Positions 25,340 through 34,401 of a stretch of 62,034 nt of DNA are shown here, in pieces. A model generated the notes under the pieces. That model searched no databases, was not told where the DNA came from, and saw only the letters and a list, made by a program, of their open reading frames with translations. Numbering within the stretch: the first letter of the stretch is position 1; each line of letters begins with the position of its first letter. This DNA is from a virus (lineage: Duplodnaviria > Caudoviricetes), in IMG/VR virus record IMGVR_UViG_3300036793_000104, positions 1 through 62,034 of that record; one strand, written 5' to 3'. Position numbers and translations under genes: made by a program.

Positions 25340-26472
25340 CAGGTCGTCGGCGCCGACGCGTAGGCCGCGATCGGGTCGAGGGTGGTGCCGCCGGTGACGT
25401 GACGGATCCGGTACTGGATGTCGTCGTTGTCGAACGACCCCTCCTCGGCCGGGACGTTGCCGCCACCGACACGCATGCCACCATCGGCCTTGACCCGCAG
25501 GTCCGGGGTCTCGTGACCCCGCAGGAAGCCCATCACCAGCGCCGGGCGCGGCGTCGACGGCGCCGGGAACAGGTACCAGGTCTTGCCGGCGTGGCCGGAG
25601 GTGTCGATGATCGGCAGCCACGGGTTGGACACGATCGTGACCTTCCCCGCCAGCCAGTTCGTGACCTCGATGTCGCGCGCCCCGGAGGCGGACGACGCGT
25701 CGTTGCGCAGCCGGATCAGCGTCGCGTTGACGATGTTGTGCGCGTAGACCTCGAGCGCGGGCGGCACGACCAGCACGAACGCGCTGATCATGATCGGCCG
25801 GCCGTCGGAGTCATGCCGGGTCGCGACTGTGGTCAGCGCCGCCGACAGCGTGTCAATCGTGAGCGCCACAGTGTCGACCGCGCCGCCCGACGCGGTGAAG
25901 AACGCCGACACCGGGCCGGTCGCGGACGCGTAGAGCCGGGTGGCGAGCTTGTCCTCGGTGTCACGCGCGGCCTGCGCGAGACGCTGCGGAGCCGACTGGA
26001 ACGCGCCGAGGTCGTCGTTGATGATCATCTCCCACGTCAGCGGGAGACGCGCACCGAACTTGCCGACGGTCAGCGTGTACTTGTTGTCGGTCAGCGCACG
26101 CGCCTTGTACTCGGCGCCCTCGCCGACCGGGTCGAGCTCGGCGCGGCCACCGAGCAGGTCCAGCCACTTCTTCGACCGGAAGTCGTTGACCTGGGCACGG
26201 GTCGCGAAACCCTGCCACACCGGGGCGATCTGGTCGTACTGAGCCATCAGCTCCCGGTCGAGGACGTCACCGAACAGGTTCGGGAAGTCGCTCGTGGAGA
26301 GCAGTTCCTCGACCTGCAGCTTCGCGCGGCGATTGCCGGCGAACACCTGGCCGACGAGCGCCGCTGCCTCCGCGAGACGAGCGAGGTACCGCGGGTCGTT
26401 GCTCCGGCGCCGCGACGGGAGCGCCGTGGCCTCTGCGACAGCGAGGTCGCCAGTGAGAAAGTCCGTGGACAT
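25339..26472 (-). CDS. Major capsid protein
   Basis: STSDFP, V.DF, V.E..EY, K.G....LTWE.IINDDLG, L.VPPALE motifs. Confidence 0.93.
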   Translation of the reverse strand: MSTDFLTGDLAVAEATALPSRRRSNDPRYLARLAEAAALVGQVFAGNRRAKLQVEELLSTSDFPNLFGDVLDRELMAQYDQIAPVWQGFATRAQVNDFRSKKWLDLLGGRAELDPVGEGAEYKARALTDNKYTLTVGKFGARLPLTWEMIINDDLGAFQSAPQRLAQAARDTEDKLATRLYASATGPVSAFFTASGGAVDTVALTIDTLSAALTTVATRHDSDGRPIMISAFVLVVPPALEVYAHNIVNATLIRLRNDASSASGARDIEVTNWLAGKVTIVSNPWLPIIDTSGHAGKTWYLFPAPSTPRPALVMGFLRGHETPDLRVKADGGMRVGGGNVPAEEGSFDNDDIQYRIRHVTGGTTLDPIAAYASAPTT

Positions 26473-26486
26473 GTTCTGATCTCCGA

Positions 26487-26843
26487 TCAGGCGGGGACGT
26501 CGCTGGCGACAGCGAACTGAGCGAGGCGGACAGGGATGACGCCGGCGCCGGCGCCCTTGATGGCGAGGGCGTGGCCGAACAGCTGGATGCCCGCGCCCGG
26601 GGCGATGCCCAGGGTGTAGTCGGAGCTCTTGATGTAGATCGGCATGCCGACCGTGACCGCACCGGCGCCTACCGACACGTTGTAGACGCCCTCTGTGGTG
26701 ACGGTCGCGTTGCCGTTCGCGTCACGCGAGGTGGTCGCGACGCCCGGGATCATGCCGACGATCACCGGCGAACCGGAGACCGTGCCAGCGATGACGGGCA
26801 GGGTGAGGTCTTCGCCCTCGTCGAACACTTCATTCGTGGCCAT
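26487..26843 (-). CDS. Capsid cement/decoration protein (DUF2190-like)
   Basis: MATN......L.LPV....SGSPV.VG...GVA.T pattern. Confidence 0.85.
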   Translation of the reverse strand: MATNEVFDEGEDLTLPVIAGTVSGSPVIVGMIPGVATTSRDANGNATVTTEGVYNVSVGAGAVTVGMPIYIKSSDYTLGIAPGAGIQLFGHALAIKGAGAGVIPVRLAQFAVASDVPA

Positions 26844-26864
26844 GATTGTTTCTCCTTACCTGGA

Positions 26865-27179
26865 TTAGATGAGGGCTCGGACGGCCAGACGAAGGCTGGC
26901 GTTGGCGGTGTCGCCGTCAGCTCGGACACGGAAGTACCGCGCTCCGAGAGGCTGCTCGGAGAGTCCGCCGATGCTGGATCCCAGGACCGCCTCCAGCCCC
27001 TCGTAGAGGACGTTGGTCTGATCGCTGGAGTGATCGACGTACAAGACCCCGGCACTCGCACACCGGAAGGTGACGCGGATCTTGTCGACACCAGCCGAGT
27101 CGATCCAAGGCCCGATGTAGCCACCGGAGCCGTCGAGCGTCGTGTCGACTTCGCTGAGAAGGTCAACTCTCTGGGACAT
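26865..27179 (-). CDS. Hypothetical beta-rich protein
   Basis: 104-aa ORF filling the gap; ARYFRVR motif. Confidence 0.65.
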   Translation of the reverse strand: MSQRVDLLSEVDTTLDGSGGYIGPWIDSAGVDKIRVTFRCASAGVLYVDHSSDQTNVLYEGLEAVLGSSIGGLSEQPLGARYFRVRADGDTANASLRLAVRALI

Positions 27180-27185
27180 CGGCGG

Positions 27186-28829
27186 TCAGGCCCCCTTCAC
27201 GGTGCGGCCGAACGCGCCGGCGATGATGTTGTCGACCTGGCCCTCGGTGACCTGGGCGCCGCCCTCGGTCTGGCCGAGGCCCTGGACGGAGCCGCCGCGG
27301 TTCTTGATCACGGTGGCGAGGTAGGTCTCCTCGGCCTGCTGCGCCTCGGTGACCCGCTTGCCGAACGCCTCGGTGTCGAGACGCCGATCCGCTGCCTTCT
27401 CGGCCTCGGTCAGCGGCAGCTCCCGCATCGCCTCGGCGACGATCCGGTCGACCGCAGCCGGGTCGAGCTCGGAGTTGGCCTCACGGACCTGCTTCGCGCC
27501 GAAGTCACGCGCGTAGTCGCGGGCCTTCTCGACGGCGAGTGCCTGCTCGGCGGCGTTCGCGCGCTCGGTCTCGGAAGCCAGCTTGGCTTCGAGCACGGGC
27601 ACCCGGCCGGCCTTCTCCTCGAGCTCGCGCCGCTCCGACTCCTGAATGGAGGTCGTGGCGCCCTCGTTCTCGGGCATGGTGTTCTCCCTGGTGGTTGTGG
27701 ACTGCCCGGCCGGGTGGGTGACCGGGACGACTGGAGGTGCGGATTCCGTGGTTGCCACGGGCACGTAGGTGGTGCGGCGGGTGACCTCGACGCGGTCGCC
27801 GGTGAGCTCGACTTCGCCGGAGTCGGCGACCGTGTACGCCTGCTCGTAGGTCGTGCACACGCCGTCGGCGGACAGCTCGAAGTAGGCGAGCTTCGCGTCG
27901 GGGTCGAAGTCGCGGACCCACGCGTAGGTGTCGTTCGCCGAGTCGGCGTACGCCTGGCTGACCGCGTTGTCGAGCGCCTGCTCGGTGTCGGCGGTGGCGG
28001 CCTCGCGCGCCGGGCGGGACTCCTCGGCGGCCATGGCGAGCGCGTCGGGTTCGGCCCACAGGTCCCGCGTGTACAGCTGCGGCGCGGACTTCTCCAGGTC
28101 AGCGACGAACGCCTGCAACGCGTCGCCGACAGCGGACGACAGCGCGATGCGTTCCTCGCGGGTCAGCCGGCCGTCGCCGAACATGTTGTCGGCGAGCTGG
28201 GTGAGTTCGAGGTGGATCCGCGACTCGATCCACTGGCCGATGTTGCGGGCCTCACGGATCTTCGCGATCGCCGACTCACGCAGGAACGCGGCGGGCACGT
28301 CCTGGTCCTGGGCGGCGCGGGCGGACTCCAGCACCATGCCGCCGCGTCCTGCGTGGGTGACGAAGTCGACGCTGTTGAACGTGTCGGGGAAGATCTCCTG
28401 GACGATCGCGCCCTTGCGGCCTTCGGCCTCACCGATGCCGATGTCGGCCGCGGCACGTACGGAGACGCCGACAGCCTTCCGGAATGCTTCGTCTGCGAGG
28501 ACGGTCTTGCCGAGCCCGACCGGTGTGACGCGGGCAACGAGCGATCCGCGCGCCGAGTCCCAGCGGGCATCCTCAGCGAGGGTCGCGGCCAGGTCCTTCA
28601 CGGACCGCTCCGGCCGATCGACACCCTCGGACGCGGACGGGTGATCGAAGTAGAGATGGGTACCCGCGGGCCACACCTTCGCCTTGCCGGCGGCCTCGAG
28701 CACTGCGGACGAGTAGTAGCCGGACGAGCCCCAGCCGGGCGAGATGACCTGGACGAGGAACGATCCGTCCTTGCTGGCTTCGAGGATCTTGGTTTGGGCT
28801 CCGGCCTCGGTGAGGTTCTGGCGAGCCAT
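27186..28829 (-). CDS. Capsid maturation protease/scaffold fusion
   Basis: MARQNL start; I.PGWGSSGYYS, DHP, RSVKDL, GVS, SVDFVT.AGRGG motifs; coiled-coil C-terminus. Confidence 0.88.
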   Translation of the reverse strand: MARQNLTEAGAQTKILEASKDGSFLVQVISPGWGSSGYYSSAVLEAAGKAKVWPAGTHLYFDHPSASEGVDRPERSVKDLAATLAEDARWDSARGSLVARVTPVGLGKTVLADEAFRKAVGVSVRAAADIGIGEAEGRKGAIVQEIFPDTFNSVDFVTHAGRGGMVLESARAAQDQDVPAAFLRESAIAKIREARNIGQWIESRIHLELTQLADNMFGDGRLTREERIALSSAVGDALQAFVADLEKSAPQLYTRDLWAEPDALAMAAEESRPAREAATADTEQALDNAVSQAYADSANDTYAWVRDFDPDAKLAYFELSADGVCTTYEQAYTVADSGEVELTGDRVEVTRRTTYVPVATTESAPPVVPVTHPAGQSTTTRENTMPENEGATTSIQESERRELEEKAGRVPVLEAKLASETERANAAEQALAVEKARDYARDFGAKQVREANSELDPAAVDRIVAEAMRELPLTEAEKAADRRLDTEAFGKRVTEAQQAEETYLATVIKNRGGSVQGLGQTEGGAQVTEGQVDNIIAGAFGRTVKGA

Positions 28830-28852
28830 GCGGACCTCCCTGAGGTCGGGGT

Positions 28853-29887
28853 TCAGGCGGACTTCGGGACAGGTGAGGTGACGTACGAGTCGCGCCACCC
28901 GTCGTTGGAGCGGCGCGCGGCCCAGGCGGACATGGGGTAGTCGCCGCGGAGGTAGGCGGCGTACCGGGCCGGGCCGAGGATGCTGCGCTGGGTGGCTTCG
29001 TCGCGGGAGTCGAACCACGCTTGCGACCCGGTGGCTGCTGGTGCTGGTTCGTCGAGGTCGATGCCGAGGTCTGCCCAGCTCTTGGTGAGCGGGACCCTGC
29101 TGCAGCGGCAGTTCTGGTGGCCGAGCGGACCCGGCTCGTCGAGCGGGTGCTCGGTGCCGTTCATCGCGAGGCAGGCGGGGCAGGTGCGGTCGCTGGTTGC
29201 CGCGAGCCACATCCAGCCGCGCAGCACGTCGGCGTTCTCGTTCTGCGCGACGGCCGCCGCTGCACGGTGAGCGTCGAGGGTTTCGGTGCGGGCGATCGTC
29301 ATGGCCCTGGCGAGGCCGCCGTTGAAGTCGCCTTCGGTGCGCTTCACGATGTCCCGCGCGGTGGTCTTCGGGTTCGCGCCGGTCGCCAGCCCGCGGACGA
29401 GCCCGGTGCGGATCGCTGCATCAGCGGACGGGGAGATCGGCCACATCTGCGACGTGATCTGCTCCGTGGACCGTTGCACGATCGCGTCCAGTTGCCGTCG
29501 GTCGACCAGGCCGGACAGGTTGACCCGCTCGGCCTTGGGCAGCTGCGACGCGGCCACGGCCTGTTGAGCTTCGGCAGCCTGGGTCACGACCTGCAGCAGG
29601 TCGCCGGCGACCCGGATACCTGCGTCTTCGGTGAGCTGCGTCAACGCTCGGGCGATCGTGTCGAGCGCGATCAGCAGCCGACGCGAGCGGAGGATCGTGG
29701 CGCGGGACAGGATGGCGCCCGCGGCGTTCCCGACGAGCTCGTTGATCGCAGCGTCGTAGTCGCCCGCGACCGTGTCCCAGGCGTTCACCCAGGCGGCGGT
29801 GAGTTCCCGGTCGTGGGTGTCGGTGATCTTGAGCAGGTCAGCGCGGACGCGGCGCGCAAGGCGCAGCGTCGTCTTGGTGACGGCCAC
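28853..29887 (-). CDS. MuF/SPP1 gp7-like minor head protein
   Basis: IARTE, W.A..D.RTC.AC, H.NCRC motifs. Confidence 0.9.
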   Translation of the reverse strand: MAVTKTTLRLARRVRADLLKITDTHDRELTAAWVNAWDTVAGDYDAAINELVGNAAGAILSRATILRSRRLLIALDTIARALTQLTEDAGIRVAGDLLQVVTQAAEAQQAVAASQLPKAERVNLSGLVDRRQLDAIVQRSTEQITSQMWPISPSADAAIRTGLVRGLATGANPKTTARDIVKRTEGDFNGGLARAMTIARTETLDAHRAAAAVAQNENADVLRGWMWLAATSDRTCPACLAMNGTEHPLDEPGPLGHQNCRCSRVPLTKSWADLGIDLDEPAPAATGSQAWFDSRDEATQRSILGPARYAAYLRGDYPMSAWAARRSNDGWRDSYVTSPVPKSA

Positions 29888-30348
29888 TAGATCCAGCCAG
29901 CGGCGCGCGCCGTGTTCTCCAGGATCGAGGCGAGTTGGTCGGACAGCCCGAAGCGCTCACGCTGGATCCGCAGCGACACCGCGAGATCGCCGTCGGCATG
30001 CCGCTCGGACGCAGCCTTCCAGTCGGCGAGCATCTCGACCAGGTCGACCAGCGTCATCCCGGCGACACCGTCTTCGAAGTGTTCGGGGTGGTGCCGGTTG
30101 TTGGCGTAGTGGTGGTCGAGTGCCACCCTCATCTCGGCGAGGAAGCCCTTGTACTCATCCGACCCGTAGGTGCTGGTCTTCAGCTTCGGGCCGTACTCGT
30201 CGAAGATCGCCTTCTCCGGATCCTCGAGCTTCGACGCGTCGTGCTTGGTGATCCGGTCGTGCACGCTGGCGACCATCTGCAGGAGCAGTTCATCGACGCG
30301 CCGCGAGTGGCGCAGGGTGTCGACCGTCGAGTCGATCGGGGCGACCAT
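29887..30348 (-). CDS. DUF5662-like (HD-type His/Asp-rich) protein
   Basis: H...V, HDASK, HHY..N.HHPEH, EM.ADW.AA motifs. Confidence 0.75.
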   Translation of the reverse strand: MVAPIDSTVDTLRHSRRVDELLLQMVASVHDRITKHDASKLEDPEKAIFDEYGPKLKTSTYGSDEYKGFLAEMRVALDHHYANNRHHPEHFEDGVAGMTLVDLVEMLADWKAASERHADGDLAVSLRIQRERFGLSDQLASILENTARAAGWI

Positions 30349-30349
30349 G

Positions 30350-31972
30350 TCAGGCTCCTTCGCCAGGCGGCGGCGTGGGTGCTGGCTCGCCGGGGTTGAG
30401 GACCGGATCCTGCCCGTTGCGGAACCGGTCGACCACGACTTGCCCGGCGTTAATCCCGGGGTCGATGAAGTTGCCGTCCGCATCGGTCATCTCGTCGAGG
30501 ACCTCGTCGATGTTGTCGACCTTCAACGCGGTCAGCAGCAGCCGCAGCGTCACGAGCGGAGGCATCACCGTCGTGCCGTCAGCGGCGACGATCGCGGTCA
30601 CGAGCTCACCGACCGGGACCGAGTCGAACTCCGGCCAAGTGATGTCGATGCTGCGGTCGTCGTTGTCGGGCAGTTCACGGATGACGCGGTCGCCGGTGCG
30701 GGTGACCTTGCCCTTCAACGGGCCCTTGGGTGCCTGGATCGCCCAGTCGATGACGTGGTTCAACACGTCGAGCATGAACTCGGCCCACAGGTCGCGGCGC
30801 AGCGAGAACGTCAACTGGGTCGGCTCATCCAGCGTCTCCGCGACCGCGCGGGCGCCGTTCATGCCGGGGTCGCCGAGCAGCATCGTCACCGGTACGTCGA
30901 GCGCGGCGGCTGTGAGTGCGGCGAGTGGCCGGCCGGAGTCGGCGTCGATGGTGGCGCCGGTCTTCGGGATCGCCTCAAGGCTGGTGTTGGGGTCGGTGAC
31001 GACGGTCGCGCCTGCGCCGGCCGGGTTTCCGCCACGCAGCACGTCGGTCGTCGGCGCGGCAGCGGTCTTCGCAGCGACAGCTTTGGCTCGGTCGCCGCGG
31101 GTCTTGGTCTGCCACGCGAACCGGGCCAACGACTTCATCAGCACGGACCACTGCTCGAGGAACTCCTTGTACGCGCGGGCCCATGCGACGGCAGCGAACG
31201 AGTCCGGGACGCCGCGCACAGCGCGGGTCGGACGGTTCACGGTCACCATGCGCACAGGCACGTTCCACAGCACCGGGTGGCCGTCCAGCGTGCTGGGCTT
31301 GGCGCGGGGTTCGTAGCCGAGGGCCGGGTAGTACACGGTCCGCAGCCGCTGCAGGATCTGGCCGCCGACAGGGATCCGTTCGGTCCATTCGCGCCGGTAG
31401 TACCAGTGCGTGACCTGATCCTCGGGGTCGGTGATCACGTCAGTGATCTCCTCCACCGGGACCCACCGCAACTGCACGGTGCCGTCGAGCGGGTCCGTGA
31501 ACAGCGCCGCAGCGAGCTCGCCGTCGGTGTAGGCGGCCTGCTCCATCTCCTCGCGGGCCTGCGACCCGGAGAACGTGGCCTTGTTCGCCTTGTCGTCCAG
31601 GAACGCCTGCACGACAGCGTTGACGTCCTGGCCCTTGTCGGACTGGTCCCGGACCGTGATGTCGACACCCTGGCCCCAGATGTACGCCTTGCGCAGCGAC
31701 AGGCCCCGCTTCATCAGCGGGTTCATGATCGCCATCACGCGGCACAGGTCCCGGATCCGTTTCCGGCCGGCCGGCGACAGTTCGTACTGGGCCTGCGTTG
31801 TCAGCTGCAGCCAGCCGCGGTCGTCGAACGCGAGCTGAATGTCTGCGAGGGACTCCGACAGGATCTCGACCTGGTTCGTGGACGCCTCCAGCTGCTCGAG
31901 CAGGTGCGTTTCGCGCAGGGTCGCGACCTCGGTGAGGTGGTCGTCGAGGGTGGGCTGTGTCCAGTCGGCCAT
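30350..31972 (-). CDS. Portal protein
   Basis: Follows TerL; NPL.KRG..LR..Y.WG.G, DGE, ID..SG, A.AETL motifs. Confidence 0.9.
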   Translation of the reverse strand: MADWTQPTLDDHLTEVATLRETHLLEQLEASTNQVEILSESLADIQLAFDDRGWLQLTTQAQYELSPAGRKRIRDLCRVMAIMNPLMKRGLSLRKAYIWGQGVDITVRDQSDKGQDVNAVVQAFLDDKANKATFSGSQAREEMEQAAYTDGELAAALFTDPLDGTVQLRWVPVEEITDVITDPEDQVTHWYYRREWTERIPVGGQILQRLRTVYYPALGYEPRAKPSTLDGHPVLWNVPVRMVTVNRPTRAVRGVPDSFAAVAWARAYKEFLEQWSVLMKSLARFAWQTKTRGDRAKAVAAKTAAAPTTDVLRGGNPAGAGATVVTDPNTSLEAIPKTGATIDADSGRPLAALTAAALDVPVTMLLGDPGMNGARAVAETLDEPTQLTFSLRRDLWAEFMLDVLNHVIDWAIQAPKGPLKGKVTRTGDRVIRELPDNDDRSIDITWPEFDSVPVGELVTAIVAADGTTVMPPLVTLRLLLTALKVDNIDEVLDEMTDADGNFIDPGINAGQVVVDRFRNGQDPVLNPGEPAPTPPPGEGA

Positions 31973-31985
31973 GCGGGTCACCTCC

Positions 31986-33473
31986 TCAGTACGGGCTGAT
32001 GGCGTATCCGGCTGCGTCGAGTTCGTCGAACTCGTCGGGTTCGATCAGGGCGCCGTCGAGCAGAGGCGCGAGGATCAGCCGGTTGAGTGCTTGGGAGAGG
32101 CCGTCGACCTGGTCGTCGTGGGCGCCGGTGGGGAACGCCGCGGCTTCTTCGATCAGGTCACCGACCCAGGGCGCGATCTCGGGTGACGGGAGCCACACGT
32201 TGCCTGCCTCAACCAGCGGGGTGACGGCGGCGGCGCGGGCTTCCTTCGATCCGTGCGGCTCCTCCGGGACGATGCCGGGCACGATGCGGCGTAGCGCGTT
32301 GATGACCGCGGTGCCGTTGGCCTTGTCCTCGACGAGCTTCAACGTGGCCTGAGGCCACTTCGCGGAGAACTCACGGAACCGGGCGCACGTCGTAACGAAG
32401 TCCATGCGGCCCCGGACCTGGTCGAGCAGGAACGCGTCCGCTCCTCTGCGCATCCACACCTGCCCGACAACGAAGTCGCTCGAGGCCGTGTCTTTGAACG
32501 TCATGTCCCAGGACGCGATGATCTCGTCGAAGTGGGTGACGACACAGGAGCCGTCGTCGCGTTCGAGCCACGGCGGAACGTCGTACTCGCGCCAGTGGTC
32601 CCGCTTGAACATGCCGCCCTCGGCCGGTGACGGCCTGCCTTGGTAGAGGGCGTTCCAGGTGCGGGCGCCGGCGCGGACCTTGATCGCTTCCCACTGGGCG
32701 GTCGTCCGGCCGCGCGCCGAGATCATGAACTCGCCCGGCTCACGGCCGAGCGGGTCCGTCTCACCCTTCGCTGGGTCGTGGTCGGCCTGCGCGGGGATGT
32801 TGATGACCTTCCACAGGTGGCCATCCTCAGCAGCGAGGAGGCGGCCGGCGAGATCGTCCTCATGCCAGCGGGTCAGGATCAAGAGCACCGATGCGCCGGG
32901 CGCGAGACGCGTCGAGGCTGCGTCGGTCCACCAGTCCCACACGTTCTGCCGGATCAACGCCGAGTCGGCCTCTTTGCGGTCCTTGATCGGGTCATCAATG
33001 ATCAGCAGATCCGCAGGGCGGCCGGTCAGACCGGCGCCGATGCCGACCGAGAGGACACCGCCACGGTGGCCGGCGATCTCCCACTCATGCTTCGCGCCGT
33101 TGTCGGCCGCGATCGACAGGCCAAGGCCCGGGTGGTCGCTGATGTTGCGTCGGAGCGCGAGACCGTTGCGGTTCGCAAGGGTCTGGCCGTACGAGGCGGT
33201 GACGATCCGCGTCTCCGGGTCCTCTTGCAGAACCCAGGTCGGGAAGTCCTTCGCGCCCCTCGTCGACTTCCCCTCCTGCGGACTCATCGAGCAAATGAGC
33301 CGACCATCCGGGGTGTTCGCGAGCTCTACGAGTGCGTCGTCGATCTGCTCGTGCGCGGGCGTCTGCTTCGTGCGCGGGTCGAGCGCCTGGGCAAGTTCGC
33401 CGGGTGTGGCGTACTTGCGTTCGGGGTTCTCGAACAGTCGGGCGGCGTACTCGAACGGCGAGAGGGCGGCCAT
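31986..33473 (-). CDS. Terminase large subunit
   Basis: Walker A PQEGKS, Walker B LIIDDP, TRWH, nuclease motifs SWD, VEDKANG, HDDQVD. Confidence 0.96.
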   Translation of the reverse strand: MAALSPFEYAARLFENPERKYATPGELAQALDPRTKQTPAHEQIDDALVELANTPDGRLICSMSPQEGKSTRGAKDFPTWVLQEDPETRIVTASYGQTLANRNGLALRRNISDHPGLGLSIAADNGAKHEWEIAGHRGGVLSVGIGAGLTGRPADLLIIDDPIKDRKEADSALIRQNVWDWWTDAASTRLAPGASVLLILTRWHEDDLAGRLLAAEDGHLWKVINIPAQADHDPAKGETDPLGREPGEFMISARGRTTAQWEAIKVRAGARTWNALYQGRPSPAEGGMFKRDHWREYDVPPWLERDDGSCVVTHFDEIIASWDMTFKDTASSDFVVGQVWMRRGADAFLLDQVRGRMDFVTTCARFREFSAKWPQATLKLVEDKANGTAVINALRRIVPGIVPEEPHGSKEARAAAVTPLVEAGNVWLPSPEIAPWVGDLIEEAAAFPTGAHDDQVDGLSQALNRLILAPLLDGALIEPDEFDELDAAGYAISPY

Positions 33474-33488
33474 TCGGTCACCCCCGTT

Positions 33489-34400
33489 CTAGACCCATGC
33501 GCTGGACTTGCGGACCATCCACTGCGCCGGCACCCACGCGTCGCTTTTCCTCACGAACAGGTCGTGTGGCTTGATGGTGATCTGCACGGTGTCTTCGCTC
33601 GAGAGCGTTGATCCGTCGCCGACCTTCAGGCCGAACACGAGCGTCGCGCCGGCGATGTCGGCCGGTGCGGTGAACGTGGGCTGCGCTGCCGACGTGGACG
33701 ACAAGGTGACGGCGGGTCCGGAGATCTGCTCCCACTGGTACACGGACGGGCTGCCGGTGGAGGCTGTGCCGTCGAGGGTGACCGTGGCGAACGGGACGAT
33801 GTCGGTCTGGTCGGGGCCTGCGTTCGCGGTGCCGGCGAACGCGGTCGAGTAGGTGACCGAGACCTGCGCGGCGTCCGCTGGCACGTTGTCGTAGGACCGG
33901 AACGACACCGCGTTCGCTGCAACGAACGCGTCACCGCGAGGCACGGTGAACACCAGGACGATCGCCTCACCGGAGCCCCATGTGCCCTGGTTGACGATCT
34001 CCTGAATGATCGTCTTCAGGTCCGGGGTCTGGTACGACGTACCCGCAACCCACGCCGACGGCGTCCAGGCGACTGACGCGGTGGTGAGGGTGAGCGCGTT
34101 CGCCGCTGCCCGTGTGGCGGGTGCGGCAGGGTTGTCGCCCTTCACGCCGTAGATCGTCAACGCCGGGATCGTGCCGGACAGTCCGACGGCTTTCAGGGTC
34201 GCGTGCGCCTCGGTGATGGCCGCACCGACCGGGATCGTGAGGCCGGCGATGCGGGCGAGACCCCAACGGTTGAAGTCGGTGCTGCTCGAGTCGCCGATCA
34301 GGATCGACACGGAGGTGGTGGAGAACGCGCCGGTGCCTTCGTTGTGCCAGGAGAGGTCGTCTCCGCCTGCTGCGACTTGGGCTGTGACGGTGGTCGTCAT
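33489..34400 (-). CDS. Virion appendage protein (carbohydrate-binding-like domain plus PKD-like domain)
   Basis: ANAGPDQ...VTLDGT.S...Y.W.QISGP PKD-like signature; N-terminal domain paralogous to the C-terminal domain of the upstream gene. Confidence 0.75.
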   Translation of the reverse strand: MTTTVTAQVAAGGDDLSWHNEGTGAFSTTSVSILIGDSSSTDFNRWGLARIAGLTIPVGAAITEAHATLKAVGLSGTIPALTIYGVKGDNPAAPATRAAANALTLTTASVAWTPSAWVAGTSYQTPDLKTIIQEIVNQGTWGSGEAIVLVFTVPRGDAFVAANAVSFRSYDNVPADAAQVSVTYSTAFAGTANAGPDQTDIVPFATVTLDGTASTGSPSVYQWEQISGPAVTLSSTSAAQPTFTAPADIAGATLVFGLKVGDGSTLSSEDTVQITIKPHDLFVRKSDAWVPAQWMVRKSSAWV

Positions 34401-34401
34401 G

